A stretch of DNA of 64,000 bases, taken from Deinococcus sp. (GTDB lineage Bacteria; Deinococcota; Deinococci; Deinococcales; Deinococcaceae). Made by a program: the position numbers and the translations under genes. Shown here in pieces: positions 8,692 through 19,590 of this stretch (within the stretch, counting starts at the first letter, position 1; the number at the start of each line of letters is the position of its first letter). The notes beneath the pieces are model-generated. The model saw nothing but the letters and a program-made list of their open reading frames with translations, was not told the origin of the DNA and searched no databases. Location: the NCBI GenBank assembly GCA_965261005.1, contig OZ253375.1, forward strand, positions 704,001 through 768,000, in the 5' to 3' direction.

Positions 8692-11610
8692 ATGAACCCG
8701 AACTTAGACGAGCGAACCTCGGATGTACAGGTGGGGCAGCGGCTGGGCCGCTACACCGTGACGCGCGTGGCCGCCCTGCCCGAGATCGAGGCCACCTTTT
8801 ACGAGTTGCGCCACGACCTCGGCAGCCGCCACGTCCACATCGCGCGTGAGGACGACAACCTCACCTTCACGGTGCTGTTCCCGACCGTGCCGCGCGACTC
8901 CAGCGGCGTGGCGCACATTCTGGAGCACATCGTGCTGTCGGGGTCGCAGAAGTATCCCCTCAAGACGCCCTTCTTCGCCATGCAGCCGAGGTCCCTCAAC
9001 ACCTTTTCCAACGCCTTTACGGCCTCGGACTGGACCGCCTACCCCTTCAGCACCCGCAACGCGCAGGACTTTTCCAACCTGCTCTCGGTCTACCTCGACG
9101 CGGCCTTTTTTCCGCTGCTGCGCGCCGACACCTTTTTGCGCGAGGCGTGGCGATTGGAGTACGACCCCCTCGATAACCCGGCGGGCGAGCTGAAGGTGCA
9201 GGGCGTGGTGTACAACGAGATGAAGGGCGGCATGGCCTCGGCCGGGTCGCAGGTGTACCAAGCCATCGGCAAGGCCCTGTACCCGGACCTGACCTACGCC
9301 GTCAACTCGGGCGGCGAGCCGCGCGACATTCCCGACCTGACTTGGGAAGCGCTGCGCGACTTTCACGCGCGCCACTACCACCCCAGCAACGCCTACTTTT
9401 ACACCTACGGTGACATGCCGCTTCCCCCGCTGCTGGACGCCATCGAGACCCAGGTGATGGGTCAGTTTGGGCCGCTGACCCTGGACGTGGCGATTCCCGA
9501 CCAGCCGCGCTTTGAGGGGCCGCGCGAGCTGGAGGTGCGCTACGCCAGCGGCGACGTCGAGACCGGCGCCCAGGCCCTGCTGGCCTGGATGGTCGCGCCG
9601 AGTTACGAGAGCTACGACGTGCTGCGCTGGAGCGTGCTGTCGGACGTGTTGCTCGGGAACCCGGCCGCCCCGTTGCGCCGCGCCCTGATCGAGTCGGGGC
9701 TGGGCAGCGCCACCGCCGACGGCACCGGCTACCACGACGACTTTCGTCAGGGCGCCTTTGCGGCCGGCCTCAAGGGCCTCGCGCTGGACAAAGCGGACGA
9801 GGTGCGCGACCTCGTGCTGGACACCCTGCGCCGGGTCGTGGGCGAGGGCGTGGACCCGGAAGCCGTGGACAGCAGCATTCACCAGATCGAGCTGTCGCGC
9901 AAGGAGGTCAGCAACGCCGGCTTTCCCTACGGCCTCAAACTGTTCTTCCGCTTCGCGGGCACCTGGCTGTACGGCGGCGACCCGCTGCGCGCCCTCAGGC
10001 TCGACGAGGACTTGGAGCAGCTCAGCGTGGGGCGCGCGCGGGGCGGCTTTTTCGAGAACATGATCCAGCGGGAGTTGCTGGACAACCCCCACCGGGTCCT
10101 GATCAGCTTGACGCCCGATCCGCAGGTGCAAGAGCGCCAAGCTGAAGAGGAGCGCGCCCGCGTGGCGGCCATGAGCGCCGGCTTCTCGGACGGGGACAAG
10201 GCGCGGGTGGTCGAGACGGCCGTGCAGCTCGCCAAGCTGCAAGAGCAGAGCGACGACGTGAGCGTGCTGCCGACCCTGGCGCTCTCGGACATCCCGGTGG
10301 AGGTGCCGGGAGCGCCGTACCAAGTGGAACCGCAAGCCTCGCTCACGCTCGCCCGCGCGCCGCAGCCGACCTCGGGCCTGGTGTACCTGGACGTGCAGCT
10401 GAACGTCGGCTTTCTGGACGAGGCGCAGTTGGAGCTGCTGCCGCTCTACGCCTACGCCCTGACCAAGTCGGGGGCCGGGGACCTCGACTACTTGGGCCTG
10501 GCGCGCCGCATTGAGGCCGTGACGGGAGGGGTGGGCGCCTCGGCGGGCGTCAGCGTCGGGCCGGGGGACCTCGGCGACGTGCGCGCCTCCTTCACCCTCA
10601 GCGGCAAGGCCCTGTCGCGCAACGCGCCCGAGCTGGTCGCCATTCTGCGCGACCTGCTGGCGGCGCCGCGCTTCGACGGGGAGCGGCTCTCGCAACTGGT
10701 CAAGCAGCGCCGGGCGGGCATGGAGGCCAGCGTGGTGGGGTCGGGCCACCTCTACGCGCGCGGCTTGGCGGCGGCGCAGCTCGGTTCTGCCGGCGCCCTC
10801 GGCGAGCGGCAAGACGGCCTGAGCCAGCTGGCGCGCCTCAAAACGCTGGACGAGGCGGCGGTGCGGGACTTGACCCAACAGTTCGGGCAGCTCGCCGCCG
10901 AGCTGCGCCGCGCCCCGGCCCGCCTGCTGCTGACCGCCACGCAGGAGGACCTCGGGCTGGACCTGTCCCCCATCACGGAAACGCTCCCAGGCGGCGCGCC
11001 CAAGCAGCGTCCGGCCGTCGCCCCCGCCGGCCACACCCCGCAGGCCCGCACCACCGACGTGCCGGTGTCCTACCACGCCAAGTCCTTTCTGACGGTGCCC
11101 TACACCCACCCCGACGCCCCGGCGCTGCTGGCCCTGGCGCACCTGTTGCGCAGCGAGTACGTGCTGCGCGAGCTGCGCGAAAAGGGCGGCGCCTACGGCG
11201 GCTACGCCACCTACAACCCGCAGGGCGGCGTGTTCGGCCTCTCCTCCTACCGTGACCCGCGCATGGCGCGCACCTATCAGGTGTTCGAGGGGGCGCGCGA
11301 CTTTCTGAACTCAGAGGCGCTCGGCGAGCGCGAGCTGCGCGAGGCGGTCCTGAGCGCCAGCGGCCAGCTCGATCCCCTCACCTCGCCGGACACCGTGGCG
11401 CGCATGCGCTTTTTCGGCGACCAGGCCGGCTACACGGCCGAGGTGCAGGAGGCGTTCAAGGCGCGCTTGCTGAAGGTGACCTTGGACGATTTGCGCCGGG
11501 TCTACGACAGCTACCTGCGAAAAGGCGCGGCCTACGGCATGGTGACGGGGCGCGACCCCAACCCGGAGATGCAGGAGGTCGGGCTGAAGTTCGAGGTGGC
11601 GGCGATCTGA
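8692..11610 (+). CDS. M16C (insulinase/presequence protease) zinc peptidase
   Basis: HILEH inverted zinc motif, NAFT, GVVYNEMKG, REKGGAYG. Confidence 0.93.
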   Translation: MNPNLDERTSDVQVGQRLGRYTVTRVAALPEIEATFYELRHDLGSRHVHIAREDDNLTFTVLFPTVPRDSSGVAHILEHIVLSGSQKYPLKTPFFAMQPRSLNTFSNAFTASDWTAYPFSTRNAQDFSNLLSVYLDAAFFPLLRADTFLREAWRLEYDPLDNPAGELKVQGVVYNEMKGGMASAGSQVYQAIGKALYPDLTYAVNSGGEPRDIPDLTWEALRDFHARHYHPSNAYFYTYGDMPLPPLLDAIETQVMGQFGPLTLDVAIPDQPRFEGPRELEVRYASGDVETGAQALLAWMVAPSYESYDVLRWSVLSDVLLGNPAAPLRRALIESGLGSATADGTGYHDDFRQGAFAAGLKGLALDKADEVRDLVLDTLRRVVGEGVDPEAVDSSIHQIELSRKEVSNAGFPYGLKLFFRFAGTWLYGGDPLRALRLDEDLEQLSVGRARGGFFENMIQRELLDNPHRVLISLTPDPQVQERQAEEERARVAAMSAGFSDGDKARVVETAVQLAKLQEQSDDVSVLPTLALSDIPVEVPGAPYQVEPQASLTLARAPQPTSGLVYLDVQLNVGFLDEAQLELLPLYAYALTKSGAGDLDYLGLARRIEAVTGGVGASAGVSVGPGDLGDVRASFTLSGKALSRNAPELVAILRDLLAAPRFDGERLSQLVKQRRAGMEASVVGSGHLYARGLAAAQLGSAGALGERQDGLSQLARLKTLDEAAVRDLTQQFGQLAAELRRAPARLLLTATQEDLGLDLSPITETLPGGAPKQRPAVAPAGHTPQARTTDVPVSYHAKSFLTVPYTHPDAPALLALAHLLRSEYVLRELREKGGAYGGYATYNPQGGVFGLSSYRDPRMARTYQVFEGARDFLNSEALGERELREAVLSASGQLDPLTSPDTVARMRFFGDQAGYTAEVQEAFKARLLKVTLDDLRRVYDSYLRKGAAYGMVTGRDPNPEMQEVGLKFEVAAI

Positions 11611-11623
11611 CGCGGGACAAGTC

Positions 11624-11656
11624 AAGGGGCGAACCCGCGGGTTCGCCCCTTTTTTA
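11624..11656 (+). terminator. Rho-independent terminator
   Basis: aaggggcgaaccc-gc-gggttcgcccctt followed by a T run. Confidence 0.85.
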
Positions 11657-11679
11657 TTTCCTCACGACTGTCTATTTTT

Positions 11680-11889
11680 TCACGACGGCGTGGTCATCGG
11701 CTCGGCGCCGGCGGGTGGCGGGCTGTTTCTGGGGGTGTAGGTCATGCAGGCGGCGCTGCCGCCCAGCATGCCCACCTCGATCTGGCCGGCGTGGCACTCG
11801 CGCAGCTCGTTGTAGGTACACTCGGTCGCGCCGCAAGCGAGCACCAAGCTGGTTTGGTGGGTGCCGACTTCCCGGTCTTCCCTGGTCAT
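11680..11889 (-). CDS. DUF1540-like small Cys-rich protein
   Basis: C.A..C.YN...C.A..I.V...A.C.TY pattern; GGAGG RBS. Confidence 0.75.
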   Translation of the reverse strand: MTREDREVGTHQTSLVLACGATECTYNELRECHAGQIEVGMLGGSAACMTYTPRNSPPPAGAEPMTTPS

Positions 11890-12125
11890 GTGAACCTCCC
11901 GGTTTTGAGCTTAGAGCATTTGTCCGTTTCATTGCGTCCGCCGCTGCATTGCGTCCGCTGCGCGACCCCAGCCCGCCTTCGTGCGTCCATGCCAGAAAAG
12001 GCGCGTATCTTTGCTAGACTGGCACACTGAACGGCGTGGACGGCGCCGCGACCACAGCACGGCGCGCCGCCTTCCTCAAAGTCCCATGAACGCAAGTCCC
12101 GCCAACACGCGCGAGGAGAATTCGC

Positions 12126-13544
<1,419 letters not shown>

Positions 13545-13571
13545 GATTTTGGATTGGGAAAAGATACTTGG

Positions 13572-13593
13572 GCGCCCCCGACTTCGGGGGCGC
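13572..13593 (+). terminator. Hairpin after rpoD
   Basis: gcgcccccga-ct-tcgggggcgc; weak U tract. Confidence 0.6.
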
Positions 13594-13623
13594 TATCGTT
13601 TCTGGATGTTGGGTGGGAGCGTC

Positions 13624-14982
13624 TTGAACCGAACGCTGCTGTGGGGCTGGTCGCTGGGCGCCGCCCTGGTCGCCTGGGGCCACGCCCCCTTGTGGGCCGT
13701 TCTGCTGTGGGCGCTGGGGTTCGCCCTGATGCGCGGCTCAGAGACGGCGCGGGTGGCGGCGCTGACTTGGCCCCTCGGGGTGGCGGTGCTGGCGGGGGCC
13801 GCGCGCTGGCCGGACGTGCTGGCCGTGACGGGGACCTTCGCGCGCCTCGCGCTGGTGGGCGCCGCGCTGAATTTTGCCCTGGACAGGCTGGAGGAGGGAA
13901 GCGTCTGGGGGCTGGGCCTGCTAACCGCCGTGTGGCTGTTCGCGCCCACGCCGCTAGGTTTGATTGGCCTGCTGCTGTGCGCAGCGCTGTACGGCGAGTC
14001 GCGCCAGCGCGGGCGGGTGGGCGTGCGCTCGCGCCCGGCTTTGATTCTGCTGGGCGGCGTGGCGCTGGGGCTGGGCCTTTTCGCGCTGGCGTTGCCGAGG
14101 GCGGAGTTGCCGTGGCAACGTTCCGGCGCAGTTTCCCGAACGGTTCAGGCGCCGGCACCACCAATCCGTTCTGCCCAAGACCGCTCCCCCACCGAAGCCC
14201 CGACCGGTCAGCCGACGGCCCGCCGCCTCAATTTCGCGCCCGCTCAAGTTCCCCTCTCGCTGCGCCTGATCGGCGCTTTGCTGCCCTACCTGCTGCCGCT
14301 GTTTCTGGCGGTGTTCACCTTGGCGCTAATTCAGCTGCTGCGCCACCGGGAGCGCTGGACCAAGGCTCGAAGACACTGGAGCGACTACGTCGCCGCCTTC
14401 GCCCTTGCCGGCTCGCTGCTGATGGGCCTACTAGCCGCCTTGGTGTGGCAGCGCTCGGGAGGGTCTGGAAACGCCTTATTAAGCAATCCGCCGGGCGCCG
14501 GGGGCGCGGGCGGCGCCGCGCTCCAGAACACCGCGCCGGGTTGGGCGGGCGCGGCGGCGGGAGCATTCGGCTGGGTCTTGTTGGCCGGGCTGGCGCTGAT
14601 GTTCGCCGCCCTGATCGTGCTGGCCGTGCAATTGTTGCGCGCGGGACCGGAGAAGAACTTGGCCGTTTCAGGCGATGAAGAGACCATCACCCCTCCCCCG
14701 CCCGCCGAACCCGCCGCGCGGGTGCGCGCCGCCTACCGCGCCATGCTGGGCGCCCTGGCGGGGGCGGGCGTGGCCCGCGCCCCGCAGGAGACGCCGGGGG
14801 AATTGGCGGCGCGGGCCGGCGGGCAGTTTCCCGGCGTAGAGGGCGACATCGCGCGGCTCACGGGCCTCTACCAGCCGGTGCGCTACGGCGCGCGGCCGGA
14901 CGACGAGGGCGCGGGCGAGGCCGAGGCGGCCCTCGCGCGGGTGCGGGCGGGGCTGGACACTCAACAGAAGGAGACCTCATGA
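13624..14982 (+). CDS. DUF4129-domain membrane protein
   Basis: Multiple TM helices; C-terminal ETPGELA...LTGLYQPVRYG; start TTG 13624 chosen from a GGGAG RBS. Confidence 0.72.
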   Translation: MNRTLLWGWSLGAALVAWGHAPLWAVLLWALGFALMRGSETARVAALTWPLGVAVLAGAARWPDVLAVTGTFARLALVGAALNFALDRLEEGSVWGLGLLTAVWLFAPTPLGLIGLLLCAALYGESRQRGRVGVRSRPALILLGGVALGLGLFALALPRAELPWQRSGAVSRTVQAPAPPIRSAQDRSPTEAPTGQPTARRLNFAPAQVPLSLRLIGALLPYLLPLFLAVFTLALIQLLRHRERWTKARRHWSDYVAAFALAGSLLMGLLAALVWQRSGGSGNALLSNPPGAGGAGGAALQNTAPGWAGAAAGAFGWVLLAGLALMFAALIVLAVQLLRAGPEKNLAVSGDEETITPPPPAEPAARVRAAYRAMLGALAGAGVARAPQETPGELAARAGGQFPGVEGDIARLTGLYQPVRYGARPDDEGAGEAEAALARVRAGLDTQQKETS

Positions 14983-15908
14983 ACGAGTTCGCCCAACGTC
15001 TCATCGGCAACGTCGCCCGCGTCCTGATCGGCAAGGAGGAGGTGACGCGCCTGGCCCTGGCCGGCGTGCTGGCCGGCGGCCACTTGCTGCTCGAAGACGC
15101 CCCCGGCACCGGCAAGACCATGCTGGCGCGCGCCCTGGCCGTGAGCCTCGGCCTGACCTTCAAGCGGGTGCAGTTCACGCCGGATTTGCTGCCCTCGGAC
15201 ATCACCGGCGTGAGCGTGTACCGGGACGGCGCTTTTGAGTTCGTGCCGGGGCCGATCTTCGCGGGCGTGCTGCTGGCCGACGAGATCAACCGCGCCACCC
15301 CCAAGACCCAGAGCGCCTTACTGGAGGCGATGGGCGAGGGCCAGGTCAGCGAGAACGGCGTGACCCACGTCCTCACCCAGCCCTTCGTGGTGGTCGCCAC
15401 CCAGAATCCCATCGAGTTCGAGGGCACCTTCCGGTTGCCCGAGGCCCAGCTCGACCGCTTTCTCTTCAAGCTGTCGGTCGGCTACCCCACCCCGCAGGAG
15501 GAGGCCGCCATGCTCGACCGTTTGCGTGAGCGCCACCCCATCGAGACTTTACAGCCCGTCTCGGACGGCGCCGAGCTTCTTTCGGCGCGTGAAGGGGTGC
15601 GGCGCGTTCACGTCTCACCCGAGCTGCGCGCCTATCTGGCCACCCTAAGCGCCAGGACGCGCGAACACGCCGACCTGGCCCTGGGCGCCGGGCCGCGCGC
15701 CAGCTTGGCGCTTCAGGCGGTGGCGCAGGCCCTGGCGTGGCAGGACGGGCGGGCCTACGTCACCCCCGACGACGTGAAGACGGCCGCCCCCGGCGTGCTG
15801 GCCCACCGCCTCTCGTTGCGCACCGAGGCCCGCCTGCGCGGCGTGCGGGCGGAGCAAATCGTGGCCGAGGTGCTGGGGGCAGAGCCAGTTCCGGTCGAGC
15901 AGGGATAA
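14979..15908 (+). CDS. moxR: MoxR family AAA+ ATPase
   Basis: EDAPGTGKT, RVQFTPDLLPSD, DEINRA, ATQNPIE, PEAQLDRF. Confidence 0.95.
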   Translation: MNEFAQRLIGNVARVLIGKEEVTRLALAGVLAGGHLLLEDAPGTGKTMLARALAVSLGLTFKRVQFTPDLLPSDITGVSVYRDGAFEFVPGPIFAGVLLADEINRATPKTQSALLEAMGEGQVSENGVTHVLTQPFVVVATQNPIEFEGTFRLPEAQLDRFLFKLSVGYPTPQEEAAMLDRLRERHPIETLQPVSDGAELLSAREGVRRVHVSPELRAYLATLSARTREHADLALGAGPRASLALQAVAQALAWQDGRAYVTPDDVKTAAPGVLAHRLSLRTEARLRGVRAEQIVAEVLGAEPVPVEQG

Positions 15909-15911
15909 GGG

Positions 15912-17018
15912 ATGAGCTGGCTCCCCTGGCTGGCCCTGCTGGTCATCCTGATCGTCGTAACGCTGCTGACCTACCGACGCCCGCCGCAGGTGCGGCTCAC
16001 GCGCGAGCTGCCGCCGGGCGTGTTCGAGGGCGGGGAGGTCGGGCTGAAGGTGACGCTTCATGTGCGCGCCCCCCTGCCGGTGCGGGTGTACCTGGCCGAC
16101 CCGCCGCCCAGAACCCTGGTGCCGGACGTGGCGCTCGACTTCGGCGGCCTGCTGCGGGGCGAGGGGCAGTACGAATTGACCGCCCGCCTCAAGGCCAATA
16201 AGCGCGGCGTGTACGCTTGGCCGGGGGCGCGGCTGCGCTGGGCCGATCCCTTCGGGCTGCGCTGGCGCGAGGTGGCCTTACCGCACGAGACCCAGCTGGA
16301 GGTCTACCCCGGCGCCCACGGTCTGAAGCTGCCCAACCTGCTGCGTCCGTTGCTCTCGGATGGCGAGCTGACCCGCAGCTTGGGCCTCGACGACCCGCTC
16401 AGCTTGCGCGGCGCCCGGCCCTACCAACCGGGAGACCCGCCCGCCAGAATGTCGTGGAAGCTCAGCGCCCGCGCCGGCACCCCCATGGTCCGTGAGCTGG
16501 AGCGCACTGCCAGCGGCACGCTGCACGTTCACCTCGACACACAAGGTGGCGAGACGTACCTCGACAGCGCCGCCCGGCTGGCCGCCAGCCTGCTGCTGGA
16601 GGCGCAGGAGCTGCGGCTGCCGGTCGCCGTCAGCACGCCCACCGGGGCGACCGAGCCGGGCACCTCGCACGAAGCCCTGCGGCGCGCCCTGCGCCTGCTG
16701 GCGGAGGTGCGGGCCTCGGACGCCGAGCCGAATATTCCCATGCCGAGGCGCGGCAGCAACCTGATCGTGGTGACGAGGGACGCGAACAATACCGTGGTGG
16801 AGGCCGCCCTGCGCACCCGCGCCGAGGCGGGCCGGGTGGTGCTGGTCGTGCTACCGGAGGGGTTTTACCTGGAACCCGGCGAGCTGGGCCGCCCTCTGCA
16901 CGGCGCCCCGCCGGAGGGCGTGCGTGACCTCACGCGGCGCGCGGGCGTCCTGGCCGAGTCGGGCGTGCTGGTCTTCGTGCTACGCGGGAACCAAAGCGTG
17001 CTGCGGCTGGGCGGCTGA
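15912..17018 (+). CDS. DUF58 domain protein
   Basis: DPFGL, RPYQPGDP..RMSWKLSAR; follows moxR. Confidence 0.85.
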   Translation: MSWLPWLALLVILIVVTLLTYRRPPQVRLTRELPPGVFEGGEVGLKVTLHVRAPLPVRVYLADPPPRTLVPDVALDFGGLLRGEGQYELTARLKANKRGVYAWPGARLRWADPFGLRWREVALPHETQLEVYPGAHGLKLPNLLRPLLSDGELTRSLGLDDPLSLRGARPYQPGDPPARMSWKLSARAGTPMVRELERTASGTLHVHLDTQGGETYLDSAARLAASLLLEAQELRLPVAVSTPTGATEPGTSHEALRRALRLLAEVRASDAEPNIPMPRRGSNLIVVTRDANNTVVEAALRTRAEAGRVVLVVLPEGFYLEPGELGRPLHGAPPEGVRDLTRRAGVLAESGVLVFVLRGNQSVLRLGG

Positions 17019-17039
17019 GCGGGTGGGGTAGGGTGAGCT

Positions 17040-17657
17040 ATGACCCACATTCGGGCACTCTTTTGGGACATCGGCGGGGTGCTGCTCAGCAACGGCTGGG
17101 ACCGCGACCAGCGCGCCAAGCTGGTCGAGCAGTTCGCCCTCGACCCCGAGGACTTTGGGGAGCGGCACAAGCTGATTGTGCCCGAGTTGGAGGCCGGGCG
17201 CCTGACGCTGGACGCTTACCTCGACCAGACGATCTTTTTTCAACGCCGACCCTTCAGCCACGAGGACTTCGTTCAAGCCCTTTTCGCCCAAAGCCAGCCC
17301 CATCCCGACACGCTGGTCCTGGCGCGCAAGTTGGCCGGACTCGGGCAGGTGCGCATGTACTCGCTGAACAACGAGTCGCGCGAACTCAACGCCCACCGCA
17401 TTGAGACCTTCAAGCTGAACGACTTTCTGCTGGGCTTTTTCAGTTCCTGCTACCTGGGCATGACCAAGCCCAGCCCGCTGATCTACAAATTGGCCCTCGA
17501 CCTCGCCCACGTCGCTCCGGGGGAGGCCGTCATGATTGACGACCGCATCCAGAACGTGGAGGCGGCGCGCCGGGTGGGCATGCACGCCGTGCAGTACCAG
17601 GAGGCAGGGCAGCTCGCGGCGGCGCTGGCAGAGCTGGGGGTGGCGCTTCCCGCTTGA
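17040..17657 (+). CDS. HAD family hydrolase
   Basis: WDIGGVL, KP...IY, IDDR..NVEAA..VGM. Confidence 0.88.
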   Translation: MTHIRALFWDIGGVLLSNGWDRDQRAKLVEQFALDPEDFGERHKLIVPELEAGRLTLDAYLDQTIFFQRRPFSHEDFVQALFAQSQPHPDTLVLARKLAGLGQVRMYSLNNESRELNAHRIETFKLNDFLLGFFSSCYLGMTKPSPLIYKLALDLAHVAPGEAVMIDDRIQNVEAARRVGMHAVQYQEAGQLAAALAELGVALPA

Positions 17658-17675
17658 GTTGGTCGAATGGTCATG

Positions 17676-18125
17676 TCACCCGGTCGCCTTGCCCGTCCAG
17701 AGATTAAACACGGCAACGGGAAAAACGAGGAAGTCGGCCGTGTTACGCGTCACCACCGTCAGGCGATGGGCGCTGGCGGTGGCGGCCAATTGGGAATCCA
17801 ACAGGGCGGGTGGCTGCCTCCGAACGGTCTCCGCGCCCATCAAACGGCCCCACTCGCGCGCCACATTTAGGTCGAACGGCAACACGTTTTGTCCAAAGCG
17901 GGGCAGCACCGTCGCTTCCAGCCACGTTCGCAGACGTTGCGCCCTGACCGGCTCACGGTTTTGAAGGAGGGTGATGCCGCGTTCCAGCTCTGCCACCGAC
18001 ACGGCGCTGACAAAGGTCTGGCTCAGGTCAAGGCGACCCAGATAAGCTGTCACGCCAGGGTCCGGCTTAGCTTTGGAGGACTCGCTGACAATGTTGGTAT
18101 CCAGCAAAACGGGCGTGATGGACAA
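17676..18125 (-). CDS. vapC: PIN-domain toxin (VapC family)
   Basis: LLDTNIVSE, SAVSVAELERG, DSQLAATA, VVTRN..DF. Confidence 0.9.
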   Translation of the reverse strand: MSITPVLLDTNIVSESSKAKPDPGVTAYLGRLDLSQTFVSAVSVAELERGITLLQNREPVRAQRLRTWLEATVLPRFGQNVLPFDLNVAREWGRLMGAETVRRQPPALLDSQLAATASAHRLTVVTRNTADFLVFPVAVFNLWTGKATG

Positions 18126-18127
18126 GG

Positions 18128-18391
18128 CTACAAGTCCAGTTCACGCAAACCGCCGCTGCGGTCACGCTCCAGCCAGTCCTCGTCCGGCATGTCGCTAAAG
18201 TCAAAGTCACCGCGCAACGCGTTGAGGGCGCTTTGCGGACGTTTTGACTCTAAAATCTGTTCTGTAGGCGCCGGAGTCACCACGGCCACGGGTTTGCCGT
18301 GCCTGGTGATGACCTGGGCCTCCTTTTCGGCTGCGCGGATCAGTTGCGAAAGGTTCGCTTTGGCGTCCTCCATTTTCCAGATTTTGGTCAT
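18128..18391 (-). CDS. Phd/YefM family antitoxin
   Basis: DAKANLSQLI...VITRHGKPVAVV; acidic tail; directly upstream of the PIN gene. Confidence 0.9.
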   Translation of the reverse strand: MTKIWKMEDAKANLSQLIRAAEKEAQVITRHGKPVAVVTPAPTEQILESKRPQSALNALRGDFDFSDMPDEDWLERDRSGGLRELDL

Positions 18392-18419
18392 CCTGACCTC
18401 CTATTCAGGTCAGTTTACC
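18386..18419 (-). promoter_or_regulatory. TA promoter/operator: TAAACT -10 with overlapping inverted repeats
   Basis: ctgacct-N7-aggtcag (18393-18413) and ggtca-tcc-tgacc (18386-18398) over the RBS and start. Confidence 0.5.
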
Positions 18420-18439
18420 CCTGTTTCCGCACAGAATTT

Positions 18440-18865
18440 TCAGGCGTCTTGCAAGGTCAGCTTTACATCCACGTTGCCCCGCGTCGCCCGGCTGAAGGGG
18501 CAGACCTCGTGGGCGTCCTGGATCAGCTGTTCGGCCTGCTCGCGCGCCATGCCAGGCACCTTGACCAGCAGCTCCACCTCCAGCGCGTAGCCCACGCCGT
18601 CGCGCCTCAGGCCCACCTGCGCTGTCACCGTGGTCGTGCCGAACTCGGGCAGCTTGTCGCGGCGGGCGACCGCGCCCATCGCGCTTTGAAAGCAAGCCGC
18701 GTAGCCGGCGGCGAACAGTTGCTCGGGGTTGGTGCCGACGCCGCCTGAGCCGCCCAACTCCCCGGGCACGCTCAGCTGAACGGCAAGGTGGTGGTCGGGC
18801 GTCTCGATGTGGCCGGCGCGCCCGCCGTGCGCGGTGGCCTCGGTGTGGTAGATGATGTCGCTCAT
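18440..18865 (-). CDS. ohr: Organic hydroperoxide resistance protein
   Basis: GGRAG, GTNPEQLFAAGYAACF, AHEVCPFS.ATRGN. Confidence 0.93.
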   Translation of the reverse strand: MSDIIYHTEATAHGGRAGHIETPDHHLAVQLSVPGELGGSGGVGTNPEQLFAAGYAACFQSAMGAVARRDKLPEFGTTTVTAQVGLRRDGVGYALEVELLVKVPGMAREQAEQLIQDAHEVCPFSRATRGNVDVKLTLQDA

Positions 18866-18915
18866 GGGGGCAGGCTAATGGGCGCGGGGCGTAAGGTGGG
18901 TCGGGGCGGTCACAC

Positions 18916-19590
18916 ATGAAGGAAATAAAAAGCGGCGTGCTGATGCAGGCCAGAAACCTGCGGCGCACCTTGAACGGGCGGACGTTGTGGCAGGATTTGA
19001 ACCTGGATTTGTGCGCTGGCGAAAGCGTCGCGTTAACTGGCCCCTCGGGGTCGGGCAAGAGCCTGTTGCTGCGCGCCCTCTCGGGGCTGGACCCTTTGGA
19101 GGCGGGTGAAGTGGTATTGGGAAGCAAAGCGCAGTGGGACTGGGCCATGCCGGCGTACCGCTCGCGGATGATGTACCTGCCCCAGCGGCCGGCACTTTTT
19201 GAGGGCGCGGTGCTAGACAATTTGGGTCGTCCGTTTGCTTTGGCGGCGCGGCGGGGGCAAGAGCTGAATCGGGCCGAGTTGGACCTGCTGCTGGCGAAGT
19301 TCGGGCGCGATCAAGCTTTTTTACAGCTCGACACCGTGACCTTGTCGGGCGGCGAGGGGCAGATCGTGGCCCTGCTGCGGGCACTGCTGCTGAATCCGGG
19401 CATCCTGCTGCTCGACGAGGCGACCTCCGCCCTCGACCCCGATACCGTCCGCGTCGCCGAGCGGCTGCTGCTGGACTGGTCGCGGGAGGGACCGGAACGC
19501 GCCCTTCTCTGGGTCAGCCACGACCCGGCGCAACGGGCGCGGGTAGCTTCACGCGAAATGTCCATTCACATGAGCGAGGTCGCCCCGTGA
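18916..19590 (+). CDS. ABC ATPase (FetA/YbbL-like)
   Basis: GPSGSGKS, LSGGE, LLLDEATSALD, VSHD. Confidence 0.85.
   Translation: MKEIKSGVLMQARNLRRTLNGRTLWQDLNLDLCAGESVALTGPSGSGKSLLLRALSGLDPLEAGEVVLGSKAQWDWAMPAYRSRMMYLPQRPALFEGAVLDNLGRPFALAARRGQELNRAELDLLLAKFGRDQAFLQLDTVTLSGGEGQIVALLRALLLNPGILLLDEATSALDPDTVRVAERLLLDWSREGPERALLWVSHDPAQRARVASREMSIHMSEVAP

Noticed and set aside
8704..11142. Long antisense ORFs (also 11886-13505, 20468-22126, 24598-26682, 33757-35883, 37274-39532, 52072-54621, 58646-60547)
   Set aside because: Shadow frames of clear genes in high-GC DNA; no recognisable motifs
17019..17036. G-run clusters (also 18880-18910) as G-quadruplexes
   Set aside because: Expected by chance at this GC content; no independent evidence
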